From: Alphaproteobacteria bacterium
Lineage (GTDB): Bacteria; Pseudomonadota; Alphaproteobacteria; Micavibrionales; UBA2020
Length of the DNA stretch: 64,000 bases
Assembly: GCA_041287865.1 (NCBI GenBank)
Contig: JBGGMV010000066.1
Location: forward strand, 7,966 to 71,965
Direction of reading: 5' to 3'
Translations under genes and position numbers: made by a program
Notes under the pieces: model-generated
The model's database searches: none
What the model saw: only the letters and a program-made list of their open reading frames with translations
What the model was told of the DNA's origin: nothing
Shown here: positions 11,263 to 20,348 of the stretch, one piece after another
How positions within the stretch are numbered: the stretch's first letter is position 1
Layout of the letters: every line of letters starts with the position of its first letter

Positions 11263-12477
11263 ATGCGCATCTGTTTCCTGATATTGCCGCTGCTGCTCGC
11301 CGCCTGCGCTATGCCTGCGGAAAGCGTGAAGAAAAAGGAAGAACCGTTTTTCCTGAAACCGACCGCGTTCGCCGCATTGCCCGGCTGGCAGCAGGACAGC
11401 CAGGGCGAAATCCTGCCCGCGCTCGAAAAATCCTGTGCCCGCATTGCGAAGAAGGATGCCGATAAAACCTTCGGCCCCACCGACATCGGCACCTATGCTG
11501 ACTGGCAGGAGACTTGCGCGAAACTGCCGACCGATGCCGCGAATGCCCGCGCCTATTTCGAAGAAAACTTTATCCCTTACGAAATCTGGGGCGACAAGGG
11601 CAGGGACGGGCTGTTCACCGGCTATTACGAACCCACGCTCCACGGCTCGCTGAAGAAAAGCAAAAAATACAATATCCCCCTCTACGCCCGCCCCGCCGAT
11701 TTAATCAGCGTCAACCTTGGCGATTTCAAGGAAGCTCTGAAGGGCGAAAGCATCATGGGCCGCGTGAAGAAGGACAAGCTGGTGCCCTATTACACGCGCG
11801 AGGAGATCGAGGAGGGTGCCTTGAAGAAATCGAAAAAGGTGATTTACGTCGATAACGCCGTCGATGCCTTCTTCCTGCATATCCAGGGCTCGGGGCAGGT
11901 GGTGATGAAAAACGGCAAGGTCCTGCGCGTTGGCTACGCGGCAGCGAATGGCCGCGCCTATTACGCCATCGGGCAGGAATTGATCAAGCGCGGGGAGTTG
12001 CAGAAAGAAAACGTCTCGATGCAGAGCATCCGCAAATGGCTGGAAGAAAACCCGGACAAGGCGGAGGAGGTGATGAACCTTAACCAGTCTTACGTCTTCT
12101 TCAATAAACTTGAAGGCGATGGCCCGCTGGGGGCCGAGGGCGTGGCTTTGACGCCGGGGCGCAGCCTTGCGGTCGACCGCAAGAAACTGCCCTATGGCGC
12201 GCCGGTGTTTATTGACGCCGCGGCGCCCGAAGGTGAAGGACGCATCCAGAAACTGATGGTGGCGCAGGATACCGGCGGGGCTATTCGCGGGGCGGTGCGC
12301 GGCGATTATTTCTGGGGTGCGGGCGAAGATGCGGCGCATAACGCCGGCATCATGAAAAGCGCGGGCCAATCCTACGTTTTGCTGCCCAAAGCGGTGAAAG
12401 TGCCCGAAAAACTCCAGCCCAAGACATGGTGGCAAGCAGAGGGTGACGGGGCCAAGCCGATGCCCTATAATCCCTGA
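11263..12477 (+). CDS. mltA: Murein transglycosylase A (lipoprotein)
   Basis: Lipobox LLLAAC. It has an MltA core (FFLHIQGSGQV, YAIGQELIKRG) and a 3D-domain C-terminus (AQDTGGAIRGAVRGDYFWG). Confidence 0.85.
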   Translation: MRICFLILPLLLAACAMPAESVKKKEEPFFLKPTAFAALPGWQQDSQGEILPALEKSCARIAKKDADKTFGPTDIGTYADWQETCAKLPTDAANARAYFEENFIPYEIWGDKGRDGLFTGYYEPTLHGSLKKSKKYNIPLYARPADLISVNLGDFKEALKGESIMGRVKKDKLVPYYTREEIEEGALKKSKKVIYVDNAVDAFFLHIQGSGQVVMKNGKVLRVGYAAANGRAYYAIGQELIKRGELQKENVSMQSIRKWLEENPDKAEEVMNLNQSYVFFNKLEGDGPLGAEGVALTPGRSLAVDRKKLPYGAPVFIDAAAPEGEGRIQKLMVAQDTGGAIRGAVRGDYFWGAGEDAAHNAGIMKSAGQSYVLLPKAVKVPEKLQPKTWWQAEGDGAKPMPYNP

Positions 12478-12478
12478 T

Positions 12479-13297
12479 ATGTCCGATTTCACCTCCCCCT
12501 TCGGCACCTATGCCCTCAAGAAACGCGAAGCGCAGCTGCTGCGCTGGGCGCAGGGCATGCCCGTCAGCTGGTTCGGCCGCCGCGCCGCGCTGCTGCTGCG
12601 CAAGACGGTGTTGTCGTCGGGCCATGCGACGGTGGATGCGGCGGTCGATGGCCTCAAAATGCGGCTCTACATGAAGGACAATGTGTCGGAACGCAAATTC
12701 CTCTTCATGCCGCAGTTCTTCGACAGCTACGAGCGCAACCTGCTGAAAAAAGAACTGCAGCAAGGCGGCGTCTTCGTCGATATCGGCGCGAATGCGGGTA
12801 TTTATACTTTAGCCGCCGCCGCCTGTGTCGGCGCATCGGGCCATGTGCTCTCGATCGAGCCGAATCCCGTCGTTCTTGACCGCCTGAAATTCAATATGTC
12901 GCTGAACGGCTTCGAGCATTGCGTGCAGGTCGAACAATCTTGCGTCTCGGATGCGGAGGGCGTGGTGGAGCTCACGCTCGACGACACCAACCTCGGCGGC
13001 TCCAGCATCGTCGCCGAACGCTCGGCCCGCAAGATCAGCGTCAGCGCCTATCCGCTGGCCGATATTCTTGCCAAGCATAACCTCTCGCGCATCGACGCGC
13101 TGAAAATCGATATCGAGGGTGCGGAGGATCAGGCCTTGATCCCCTTCTTCGCTTCTGCACCCAAAACGCTGTTCCCCCGCCTCCTGATCCTTGAAAATTC
13201 ATCAAAGCAATGGAAACAGGATTTGCCGGCAGCCCTGCAAACGGCGGGCTATGCGCTGGTCAAAGAAACACGGATGAATTTCGTCTACAGGCTTTAA
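12479..13297 (+). CDS. FkbM-family methyltransferase
   Basis: Carries VFVDIGANAGIYTL (SAM motif) and IDALKIDIEGAEDQAL. I placed the start at ATG 12479, just after the mltA stop. Confidence 0.75.
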   Translation: MSDFTSPFGTYALKKREAQLLRWAQGMPVSWFGRRAALLLRKTVLSSGHATVDAAVDGLKMRLYMKDNVSERKFLFMPQFFDSYERNLLKKELQQGGVFVDIGANAGIYTLAAAACVGASGHVLSIEPNPVVLDRLKFNMSLNGFEHCVQVEQSCVSDAEGVVELTLDDTNLGGSSIVAERSARKISVSAYPLADILAKHNLSRIDALKIDIEGAEDQALIPFFASAPKTLFPRLLILENSSKQWKQDLPAALQTAGYALVKETRMNFVYRL

Positions 13298-14220
13298 GCA
13301 ATACGTTCCGGCATCGGCAGTTCGCCGAGGCGCGCGTCGATATCGTCTTTCGACGGCATGGCGTCCTGCGCGCCCATGCCGGTGCAGGAAATGCCCGCGC
13401 CCACGGCCGCGCGTTGCAGCGCCTTCAGCCAGCTGTCGCCGTTCTGCAGCGCCGCCGCGAAAATGCCGCAGAAAGCATCGCCCGAGCCTGTCGTGTCGAC
13501 AGCGGAGATTTTTATCGCGCCGACGCGGAACACGCCGTCCGCCGATGCCGCTACCGCGCCCTTGCTGCCCATGGTGATGATGCAGGTATGCTTGCCCGCC
13601 GCCGCGATCTGCGGCGCCAGTTTCAGCGGGTCGGTTTCTTTCAACCCGATCCCTTTGGCTAGTTGCAGCGCCTCCGGCTCGTTCACGATCAGGAAATCGA
13701 TATCGGGCAGCGCGCCTTTCGGGATATTGCCGGCGGGCGAGGCGTTGAGAATTGTTTTCGCGCCGCCTTCATGGGCGCGTTTCAAAACGGTGAAAGTTTC
13801 CTGCGGCGATACTTCCAGCTGCGTCAGGATGATGTTCTTGGGGATCATCACTTCGTCGGGCATCTGATCGGAGGTGGCGTCGAGGTTCGCGCCCGGGGCC
13901 ACGATCACGGTATTCTCGCCATCCGCATTGACGGCGATGGTGGCGCAGCCCGTCGGGCGCTCCGAAATGCCGATGCCCGATGTCCAGATGCCCTGCGACT
14001 TCAGCCCGTTGACGCAGCGGCGGCCGAAGGCATCGTCGCCCACCTTGCCGACCATCACCACCTTCGCGCCCGCGCGCATGGCCGCGATGGCCTGGTTGGC
14101 TCCCTTGCCGCCCGAGCTGCTGATGTAGTCATTGGTGCAGAGAATGGTCTCGCCGGGGGCCGGGAATGCCTTCACCGGCATGACCAAATCGACGTTCATA
14201 GAGCCGAAAACGACTATCAT
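13294..14220 (-). CDS. rbsK: Ribokinase / PfkB-family sugar kinase
   Basis: Has MIVVFGSMNVDL, GGKGANQA and the C-terminal DTTGSGDAF motif of the PfkB family. Confidence 0.8.
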   Translation of the reverse strand: MIVVFGSMNVDLVMPVKAFPAPGETILCTNDYISSSGGKGANQAIAAMRAGAKVVMVGKVGDDAFGRRCVNGLKSQGIWTSGIGISERPTGCATIAVNADGENTVIVAPGANLDATSDQMPDEVMIPKNIILTQLEVSPQETFTVLKRAHEGGAKTILNASPAGNIPKGALPDIDFLIVNEPEALQLAKGIGLKETDPLKLAPQIAAAGKHTCIITMGSKGAVAASADGVFRVGAIKISAVDTTGSGDAFCGIFAAALQNGDSWLKALQRAAVGAGISCTGMGAQDAMPSKDDIDARLGELPMPERIA

Positions 14221-14446
14221 GCTATATCTCCCCCGCTAAAATCACTGTATGCCCAGACGTTTACAGGGTCTAGGGCTATCCGTCTGTATTTTATGGCAAA
14301 AGACCTTTTATTGCATAAGAAAGCCAAGCGGTGTACACCATACGGAGCTCCTGATAACCCTTAATCCTGCAAATCCTATGCCACTGACCAAGTTCCCCAA
14401 ATCGGCCGTTCAAAAAAGCCCCTGCGGCAGCGGCAAAAACTCGACC

Positions 14447-15664
14447 ATGGGTTTTTACGAGAGCTTCTTCGAAGGCCGCATCGCGGATCTGCACAAGGAA
14501 GGCCGCTACCGCGTCTTCGCCGATCTGGAACGCCAGGCCGGCAAATTCCCCAAGGCGATTTATCGCGGCGACGACGGGTTGGAGCGCGAAGTCACCATCT
14601 GGTGCTCCAACGATTACCTCGGCATGGGCCAGCATCCCAAAGTCATCGCCGCCATGTGCGAGGCCGCGCAGAAATCGGGCGCAGGCGCGGGCGGCACGCG
14701 CAATATATCGGGCACGACCCATTATCACGTGGTGCTGGAAGACGAGCTGGCCGACCTGCACGGAAAAGAATCTGCGCTGCTGTTCACCTCCGGCTATATC
14801 TCCAACGAAGCGGCTATTGGTACCATTGCCAAGGTGCTGCCCGACTGCGTGATTTTCTCGGACGAGCTGAACCATGCCTCGATGATCGCGGGGATTAAAG
14901 CGTCGGGCTGCGAAAAATTCATCTTCCGCCATAACGATCTCGCGCATCTGGAACAGCTGCTGCAATCGGTCGAACGCTGCCGCCCGAAAATGATTGCGTT
15001 TGAATCCGTCTATTCGATGGACGGCGATATCGCGCCGATTAAAGAGATCTGCGACCTCGCCGAAAAATACGGCGCGCTGACCTACCTTGATGAAGTCCAT
15101 GCCGTCGGCATGTACGGCCCCCGCGGCGCAGGCGTTGCGGAACGCGACGGACAGATGCATCGCATCGACATCATGGAAGGCACACTGGGCAAGGCATTCG
15201 GTGTCATGGGCGGCTATATCGCCTCCACCCGCGCCATTGTCGATGTCGTGCGTTCATACGCTTCCAGCTTTATCTTCACCACCGCCCTGCCGCCCGCATT
15301 GTTGGCCGGCGCTGCCGCCAGCGTGCAGCACCTGAAATCATCGCAGGTGGAACGCGCGCGTCATCAGGAACGGGCATCGACGCTGAAGAAAATGCTGCTG
15401 GATGCGGGCTTACCCGTGCTGGAAAGCGTCAGCCATATCGTCCCCGTCATGGTGGGCGATGCGCGCCTGTGCAAGAAAGCCAGCGACGAGCTGATGCAAA
15501 AACACGGCGTCTATGTGCAGCCGATCAATTACCCCACCGTGCCGCGCGGCACCGAACGCCTGCGCCTGACACCCACGCCCTATCACACCGACGCCGACAT
15601 GCAGCAGCTGGTGGACGCGCTCTGCGAAGTCTGGCAGGGCCTGAGTCTCCGCCGCGCCGCTTAA
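14447..15664 (+). CDS. hemA: 5-aminolevulinate synthase
   Basis: Carries [36 protein letters not shown] and the PLP-lysine region [10 protein letters not shown] chose the start at MGFYESFF; the upstream Mets of track ORF 14249 lie in AT-rich leader sequence. Confidence 0.92.
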   Translation: MGFYESFFEGRIADLHKEGRYRVFADLERQAGKFPKAIYRGDDGLEREVTIWCSNDYLGMGQHPKVIAAMCEAAQKSGAGAGGTRNISGTTHYHVVLEDELADLHGKESALLFTSGYISNEAAIGTIAKVLPDCVIFSDELNHASMIAGIKASGCEKFIFRHNDLAHLEQLLQSVERCRPKMIAFESVYSMDGDIAPIKEICDLAEKYGALTYLDEVHAVGMYGPRGAGVAERDGQMHRIDIMEGTLGKAFGVMGGYIASTRAIVDVVRSYASSFIFTTALPPALLAGAAASVQHLKSSQVERARHQERASTLKKMLLDAGLPVLESVSHIVPVMVGDARLCKKASDELMQKHGVYVQPINYPTVPRGTERLRLTPTPYHTDADMQQLVDALCEVWQGLSLRRAA

Positions 15665-15668
15665 GGAA

Positions 15669-15983
15669 TTACAGGCAGACTAAGTCTAATCGGGATTCTA
15701 TATCTTCGATTTTGCCGCGATCATCCGCGTGCCAATCCACGCGGTATCTGTGTTTACAGGCGATGGTTTTATTTTCTCTGTAAAGATGCTGTGCGCCATT
15801 CTGTTTTCGAGAGTATTTAAATCCTTTTGCTTCCAGATCATGAATAAGCCGTTGCTCATCCGAACCTGCAGGATAGGCCGTCATACGCTGTGAAAAGCTT
15901 TCTTTGCTTTCGGGCGAGCAACTTGTCACTAGCAAGCACAATGATGCAGTTAATAGAATCTTCTTCAGGTTCGCGAGTTCCAT
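15669..15983 (-). CDS. Small lipoprotein, unknown function
   Basis: Internal start MELANLKKILLTASLCLLVTSC (lipobox). GC content is visibly lower than the surroundings. The start ATG overlaps the upstream gene's TAA by 1 nt. Confidence 0.5.
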   Translation of the reverse strand: MELANLKKILLTASLCLLVTSCSPESKESFSQRMTAYPAGSDEQRLIHDLEAKGFKYSRKQNGAQHLYRENKTIACKHRYRVDWHADDRGKIEDIESRLDLVCL

Positions 15984-16498
15984 TACTCCTCGTCCTCGTT
16001 TTCCTTGTGCTTGATCTTCAGCTGCTCGATCTCGGCGGGCACGGTTTTGTCTTCCATGTCCTTGGTGCCGCCGCAAAGGCCGCCGACGTCGAAAGTGCCG
16101 GAGGGCAGGGGATAGAGCGACCAGTCCTCGACGACGTCTTCCTGCCGCTCGTAGGCGAAGACCAGATACTTGCGACCCTTCTCGAAGGGATGGCCGGTGC
16201 AGGTTTCACGCGTCAGGTTCGTCTGCAGCTCGAATGAACTGCCCGATTTTACCTTGCCCTTATAGACGTCATCCACAGCCAGCTTGACGCTGACCGGCAG
16301 GTCGACGTTGCCGCGCTGCACCTGTATCTTGATGACGTCGATCGAGCTGACAGAACCGGTGAAAATCACCGTCGCGTTTTTCCACCGCGTGTCGAGCTTG
16401 CTGGGCGCGCAGGCGCACCGGGTCACCGGCCGCTCTTCCCGGGCCCCGGCGGGTCCGGTTATCAGCATGAACAGTAGCAGGAACAATACAGCGCGCAT
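15983..16498 (-). CDS. Secreted protein with TIMP/NTR-like cysteine pattern, unknown function
   Basis: Internal start MRAVLFLLLFMLITGPAGA (signal peptide), followed by CACAP...VIFTGSV...YKGK...ETCTG...KYLVFAY...LCGG. Confidence 0.6.
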   Translation of the reverse strand: MRAVLFLLLFMLITGPAGAREERPVTRCACAPSKLDTRWKNATVIFTGSVSSIDVIKIQVQRGNVDLPVSVKLAVDDVYKGKVKSGSSFELQTNLTRETCTGHPFEKGRKYLVFAYERQEDVVEDWSLYPLPSGTFDVGGLCGGTKDMEDKTVPAEIEQLKIKHKENEDEE

Positions 16499-16557
16499 CT
16501 CGATTTCCTTGTTTTTCCGGTCTATTATGCAGCCGGAAGAATCACAATAGAACAGCG

Positions 16558-17499
16558 ATGATTGCATTACATAACAATTTAGAGGGAATGCCCGCAGCAT
16601 CAAGGGGCGCCGTTGTCGCCATCGGCAATTTCGACGGCGTGCACAAGGGCCACCGCGCCCTGATCGGCGAAGCCGCCGCGATTGCGAAGAACCTGAACGC
16701 GCCCCTGGCCGCGCTCACCTTCGAGCCTCACCCCCGCGAATTCTTCCAGCCGCAGGCCGACCCCTTCCGCCTGACCCTGCCCGCACAGAAAACGCGGCTG
16801 CTGGAGGCGCTGGGCGTCAGGCATCTGTTCGCGCTGCCCTTTAACGCGGGCCTTGCATCGCAATCGCCCGATGAATTCATTGATCTCCTGCAAAACAAGC
16901 TGGGCGCAAGGCATATCGTCACCGGCCCCGATTTCGCCTTTGGCAAGGCCCGCGCTGGCGGCGTGAAACAGCTGCAGGAAGCGGCGGATAAAGGCCTCTT
17001 CGGCTTCACCGCGCTCGCCCCCGTGCGCTGCGAGGGGGAGGAGCCCTATTCCTCGACGCGCATCCGCCAGCTGCTGCAACAGGGCAAGTTCGAGGCGGCA
17101 GCAGGCCTGCTCGGCTGGAACTGGGCGATGGAAACGGAAGTCGTCCACGGCGACAAGCGCGGTCGCGAACTGGGCTACCCGACGGCCAACCAGCAGGTGC
17201 AGCGCTATATCCGCATTCCCTATGGCATTTATGCCGTGCGGGTCAAAATCGAGGATGAAGCCCACTGGCGGGAGGGCGCGGCCAATTTCGGCATCCGTCC
17301 GATGTTCAGGGTGGAGCAGCCGATTCTGGAGACTTTCATCTTTGACTTCAGCGGCGATATTTATGGAAAAATGATGCAGGTCCAGCCCGTCGCCCACCTG
17401 CGTCCCGAGCTTGAATTCAAAGGGCTGGAGGCGCTGGTCGAGCAGATGAAACAGGATTGCGCCGAAGCCCTCACTGTGCTGAAATCCACCAGATTATAA
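16558..17499 (+). CDS. ribF: Bifunctional riboflavin kinase / FMN adenylyltransferase
   Basis: Has GNFDGVHKGHRALI (FAD synthetase) and a C-terminal GDKRGRELGYPTAN...ETFIFDF riboflavin kinase region. Confidence 0.92.
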   Translation: MIALHNNLEGMPAASRGAVVAIGNFDGVHKGHRALIGEAAAIAKNLNAPLAALTFEPHPREFFQPQADPFRLTLPAQKTRLLEALGVRHLFALPFNAGLASQSPDEFIDLLQNKLGARHIVTGPDFAFGKARAGGVKQLQEAADKGLFGFTALAPVRCEGEEPYSSTRIRQLLQQGKFEAAAGLLGWNWAMETEVVHGDKRGRELGYPTANQQVQRYIRIPYGIYAVRVKIEDEAHWREGAANFGIRPMFRVEQPILETFIFDFSGDIYGKMMQVQPVAHLRPELEFKGLEALVEQMKQDCAEALTVLKSTRL

Positions 17500-17534
17500 A
17501 AAACCCAACAGAAACCGTGCGCAGCGCGAATTAA

Positions 17535-18137
17535 ATGATCTCCAAAAAACACAGCCCCGGCCGTTTTCTCATCATCGGCTTCTGCATCATCCTCGCGGTC
17601 ATCGTGGCCGACCAGTACAGCAAATGGCTGGTGATGGAAACCATGCTGCGCGTCGGCGGCGACACGCCGTCTTTCGGCCAGTGGTTCGTGACGGGCAAGC
17701 CTATCCCCTCCGGCCTTGAAGGTGCTGCGACCGCCACGGAATACGCGGTCAGGGAAATATCGCCCAACCTCACGCTCCGCATGGTCTGGAACTGCGGCAT
17801 CAGCTTCGGGATGCTCGACAGCTGCGGGCAGGGCATGCAGATCACCCTGATCGGCCTTGCGCTCTGCATTTCGCTGGCGCTGCTGATCTGGATGGCCATC
17901 GCGCGCCATGTCCTGATCGGCTTTGCCGTGCCGCTGATCGTCGGCGGCGCCGTCGCCAACGTGATTGATCGTATAAGATTCAAGGCGGTCGCCGATTTCG
18001 TCGATGTCTATTACGGCCAGCACCACTGGCCCGCGTTCAACCTTGCCGATGCCTGCATCGTGGTGGGCGCAATCCTGCTGGGGATCGACGCGATCTTCAA
18101 CAAGGACGGCGCGGAGCCGCAGAAGAAGAAAAAATGA
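17535..18137 (+). CDS. lspA: Lipoprotein signal peptidase (signal peptidase II)
   Basis: Carries DQYSKW, NCGISFGML, NVIDR and FNLADACIVVGA motifs. Confidence 0.9.
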   Translation: MISKKHSPGRFLIIGFCIILAVIVADQYSKWLVMETMLRVGGDTPSFGQWFVTGKPIPSGLEGAATATEYAVREISPNLTLRMVWNCGISFGMLDSCGQGMQITLIGLALCISLALLIWMAIARHVLIGFAVPLIVGGAVANVIDRIRFKAVADFVDVYYGQHHWPAFNLADACIVVGAILLGIDAIFNKDGAEPQKKKK

Positions 18138-18706
18138 GGAATGTCATGAAGTACAACCGTTTCATGCTCGCCTGCGGGGTCCTGCTGGCGCTATCCGCCT
18201 GCTCGACGATGAAAAGGGAACTGGGCGTCGGCCGCAATTCGCCCGATGAATTCATGGTGGTGAAACGGGCACCCCTGTCGCTGCCGCCCGATTACAGCCT
18301 GCGGCCGCCTTCCGACAGCGATGTCTCGCCCGCTTCCGACGCCTCCAACCAGGCGAAAGCCGCGCTGATGGGTGAAGGCGCGGAAGAAACCGTCGCCGCC
18401 GGCAATTCCGAAAGCGCCTTGCTGCAACAAATGGGCGCGCAAAACGCCAACCCCGAAATCCGCTCCGTCATCAACCAGGAAAACGGCTATATCGCCGTCA
18501 AGAACGAGCGACTGGTGGACAAGCTGATTTTCTGGAAGGACGAGCAGGAAAAAGGCGTCGCCGACGACGACCTCGACAGTTCCGTCGTCAACCCGGGCGC
18601 CGAAGCCGAGCGCCTGAAAAAGAACGAGGAAGAGGGCCGCCCCGTCAACGAGGGCAAAGTCCCCACCATCGAGAAGAAAAAAGGCACCATCGACCGCCTG
18701 TTCTAG
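18134..18706 (+). CDS. DUF3035-type lipoprotein
   Basis: Lipobox LALSAC, then GRNSPDEFMVVKRAPLSLPPDYSLRPP, which is typical of this alphaproteobacterial family. It has a 4-nt overlap with lspA. Confidence 0.7.
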   Translation: MRNVMKYNRFMLACGVLLALSACSTMKRELGVGRNSPDEFMVVKRAPLSLPPDYSLRPPSDSDVSPASDASNQAKAALMGEGAEETVAAGNSESALLQQMGAQNANPEIRSVINQENGYIAVKNERLVDKLIFWKDEQEKGVADDDLDSSVVNPGAEAERLKKNEEEGRPVNEGKVPTIEKKKGTIDRLF

Positions 18707-18715
18707 GAGGATCCC

Positions 18716-19450
18716 ATGCGCATTTTCGCCGCCCTTGCCATCGTCATGCTCGGCCTGATGGCCGCGCCCGCTATCGCCGACCAGGAAAAGGTGGCGATAC
18801 TGCAGCCGACGAAGGAACGCCTGATCGTCTTCTGGGAAGACACGCTTAAATCCGACCCGCAGGTGAAAAAGCTGGAAAAGACCAAGGAAGAGGGCGTCTA
18901 TAATTTCGAGACCACCTTCTTCCCCTACAAGGGCCGCCTTCGGTTGCTCAACGCCGCCATCACGCCTTACGAAGACGGCTATTACGACGGGTTGTCGAGC
19001 GGCATCATCGAGGTCGAACTGCTGGACGCCGACGAAAAGTTTTTCAAGAAATATGCCGCCAGCTATAGCGCATGGACGCGGCAGAATTATTTCTATCATG
19101 ACGAAGTCGGCGGTGTCTGGTTCCCCGCCAATAAAATGGGCGACTGGTCGAAGGAATATTACAAGCGCAATAATCCCGCCGCGGCTACCCCCGCCGCCGG
19201 TTGCGCGAGCACATGGTGGACGCGCAACATGACGACGCTGGTTTATATCGTCTTCCTTGCGGCGCTGGTCGGGTTCGTCGTGCTGCTGGCGAAAAAGCAG
19301 AACAAGAAAATCTGGGACAACCACGCCACGGCGCTGTCGGAACAGCAGCGCGGCCTTGCCATGGTTGAAAAGAGCATGGCGCTGACCGAGCAGAGCCTGA
19401 AACACCAGCAGGAAATGATCCGCCTGCTGACCGAAATTCTTAAAAAATAG
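18716..19450 (+). CDS. Hypothetical exported/membrane-anchored protein
   Basis: Signal peptide MRIFAALAIVMLGLMAAPAIA, with a C-terminal TM helix (TTLVYIVFLAALVGFVVLLA) and coiled tail. I recognise no family. Confidence 0.55.
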   Translation: MRIFAALAIVMLGLMAAPAIADQEKVAILQPTKERLIVFWEDTLKSDPQVKKLEKTKEEGVYNFETTFFPYKGRLRLLNAAITPYEDGYYDGLSSGIIEVELLDADEKFFKKYAASYSAWTRQNYFYHDEVGGVWFPANKMGDWSKEYYKRNNPAAATPAAGCASTWWTRNMTTLVYIVFLAALVGFVVLLAKKQNKKIWDNHATALSEQQRGLAMVEKSMALTEQSLKHQQEMIRLLTEILKK

Positions 19451-20348
19451 CCGAAACCAGCTTGCCCGCATCGGGCGTATCCATTACCAGATCGGGTTTG
19501 ATCTGGTGGCGGAACCATGTCACCTGCCGCTTCGCATAGTGGCGCGTCGCGCGCTGCGCCATTTCGATGGCTTCGTTCAATGTCAGGTTGCCTGCCAGAT
19601 GTGACGACAGTTCGGGGTAGCCCAAGGCCTTCGATAGCGCCCAGCCGGCCTGCGGCCTGAAGTGCCGCACGTCCTCCAGCACGCCCGCCGCCACCATCTG
19701 GCCGAAACGGGTATCGCATTGCTCGTATAATTTTTTACGTTCGGGCAGCAGCGTGACCGACAGGAATTTCAGGTGCGCGGGCGGTTTCGACATCGGCAGG
19801 GCCTGCCATTCGGCAAGGCTCTTGCCGGTCGCCTCCAGCACCTCCCAGGCCCGCACAAGGCGCTGTGTGTTGAAGGGATGCAGCCGCTCCGCCATCACGG
19901 GGTCGCGCTTTTGCAGTTCTGCGTGAAAGGCGGGGTTGCCCAGTTCTTTTTGCAGGGTGTTCGCGCGCTCCCGCACCGCCGGGTCGATATCGGGAATGGG
20001 GCTGATGCCCTCCAGCAGCGTGCGGATATAAAATCCCGTCCCGCCGACAACGATGGGCAGCCGTCCCGCCGCAATCGATTTTTCAATCTCCGCCAGCGCC
20101 ATATCGCGCCATATCGCCGATGAACACAGCTGGTCAGGTTTCAGGCAGCTATATAAAACATGCGGTGCTACGGCAAGTTCTTCGGCCGAGGGCTGCGCAG
20201 TCAACCTGTGCAGCCCGTCGTAAAGCTGCATTGAATCCGCATTGATAACGGTGCCGTTTTTTGCCCTGGCCAGTGAAAGCGCGAGGCCCGACTTGCCGCT
20301 GGCAGTCGGGCCCCCGATAACGACGACGGTTTTGAGGCCGCCTGTCAC
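19440..20348 (-). CDS. miaA: tRNA dimethylallyltransferase
   Basis: Carries VVIGGPTASGKSGLAL, ADSMQLY and VGGTGFY motifs. Confidence 0.92.
   Translation of the reverse strand: MTGGLKTVVVIGGPTASGKSGLALSLARAKNGTVINADSMQLYDGLHRLTAQPSAEELAVAPHVLYSCLKPDQLCSSAIWRDMALAEIEKSIAAGRLPIVVGGTGFYIRTLLEGISPIPDIDPAVRERANTLQKELGNPAFHAELQKRDPVMAERLHPFNTQRLVRAWEVLEATGKSLAEWQALPMSKPPAHLKFLSVTLLPERKKLYEQCDTRFGQMVAAGVLEDVRHFRPQAGWALSKALGYPELSSHLAGNLTLNEAIEMAQRATRHYAKRQVTWFRHQIKPDLVMDTPDAGKLVSAIF

Noticed and set aside
14249-14446. N-terminal extensions suggested by the ORF track, for example hemA from 14249, ferredoxin from 2578, thyA from 29911, apbC from 24244 and the secretin from 56300.
   Set aside because: The extensions run through AT-rich leaders or overlap neighbouring genes, and they precede canonical family N-termini or signal peptides. 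I used internal starts with better RBS context.
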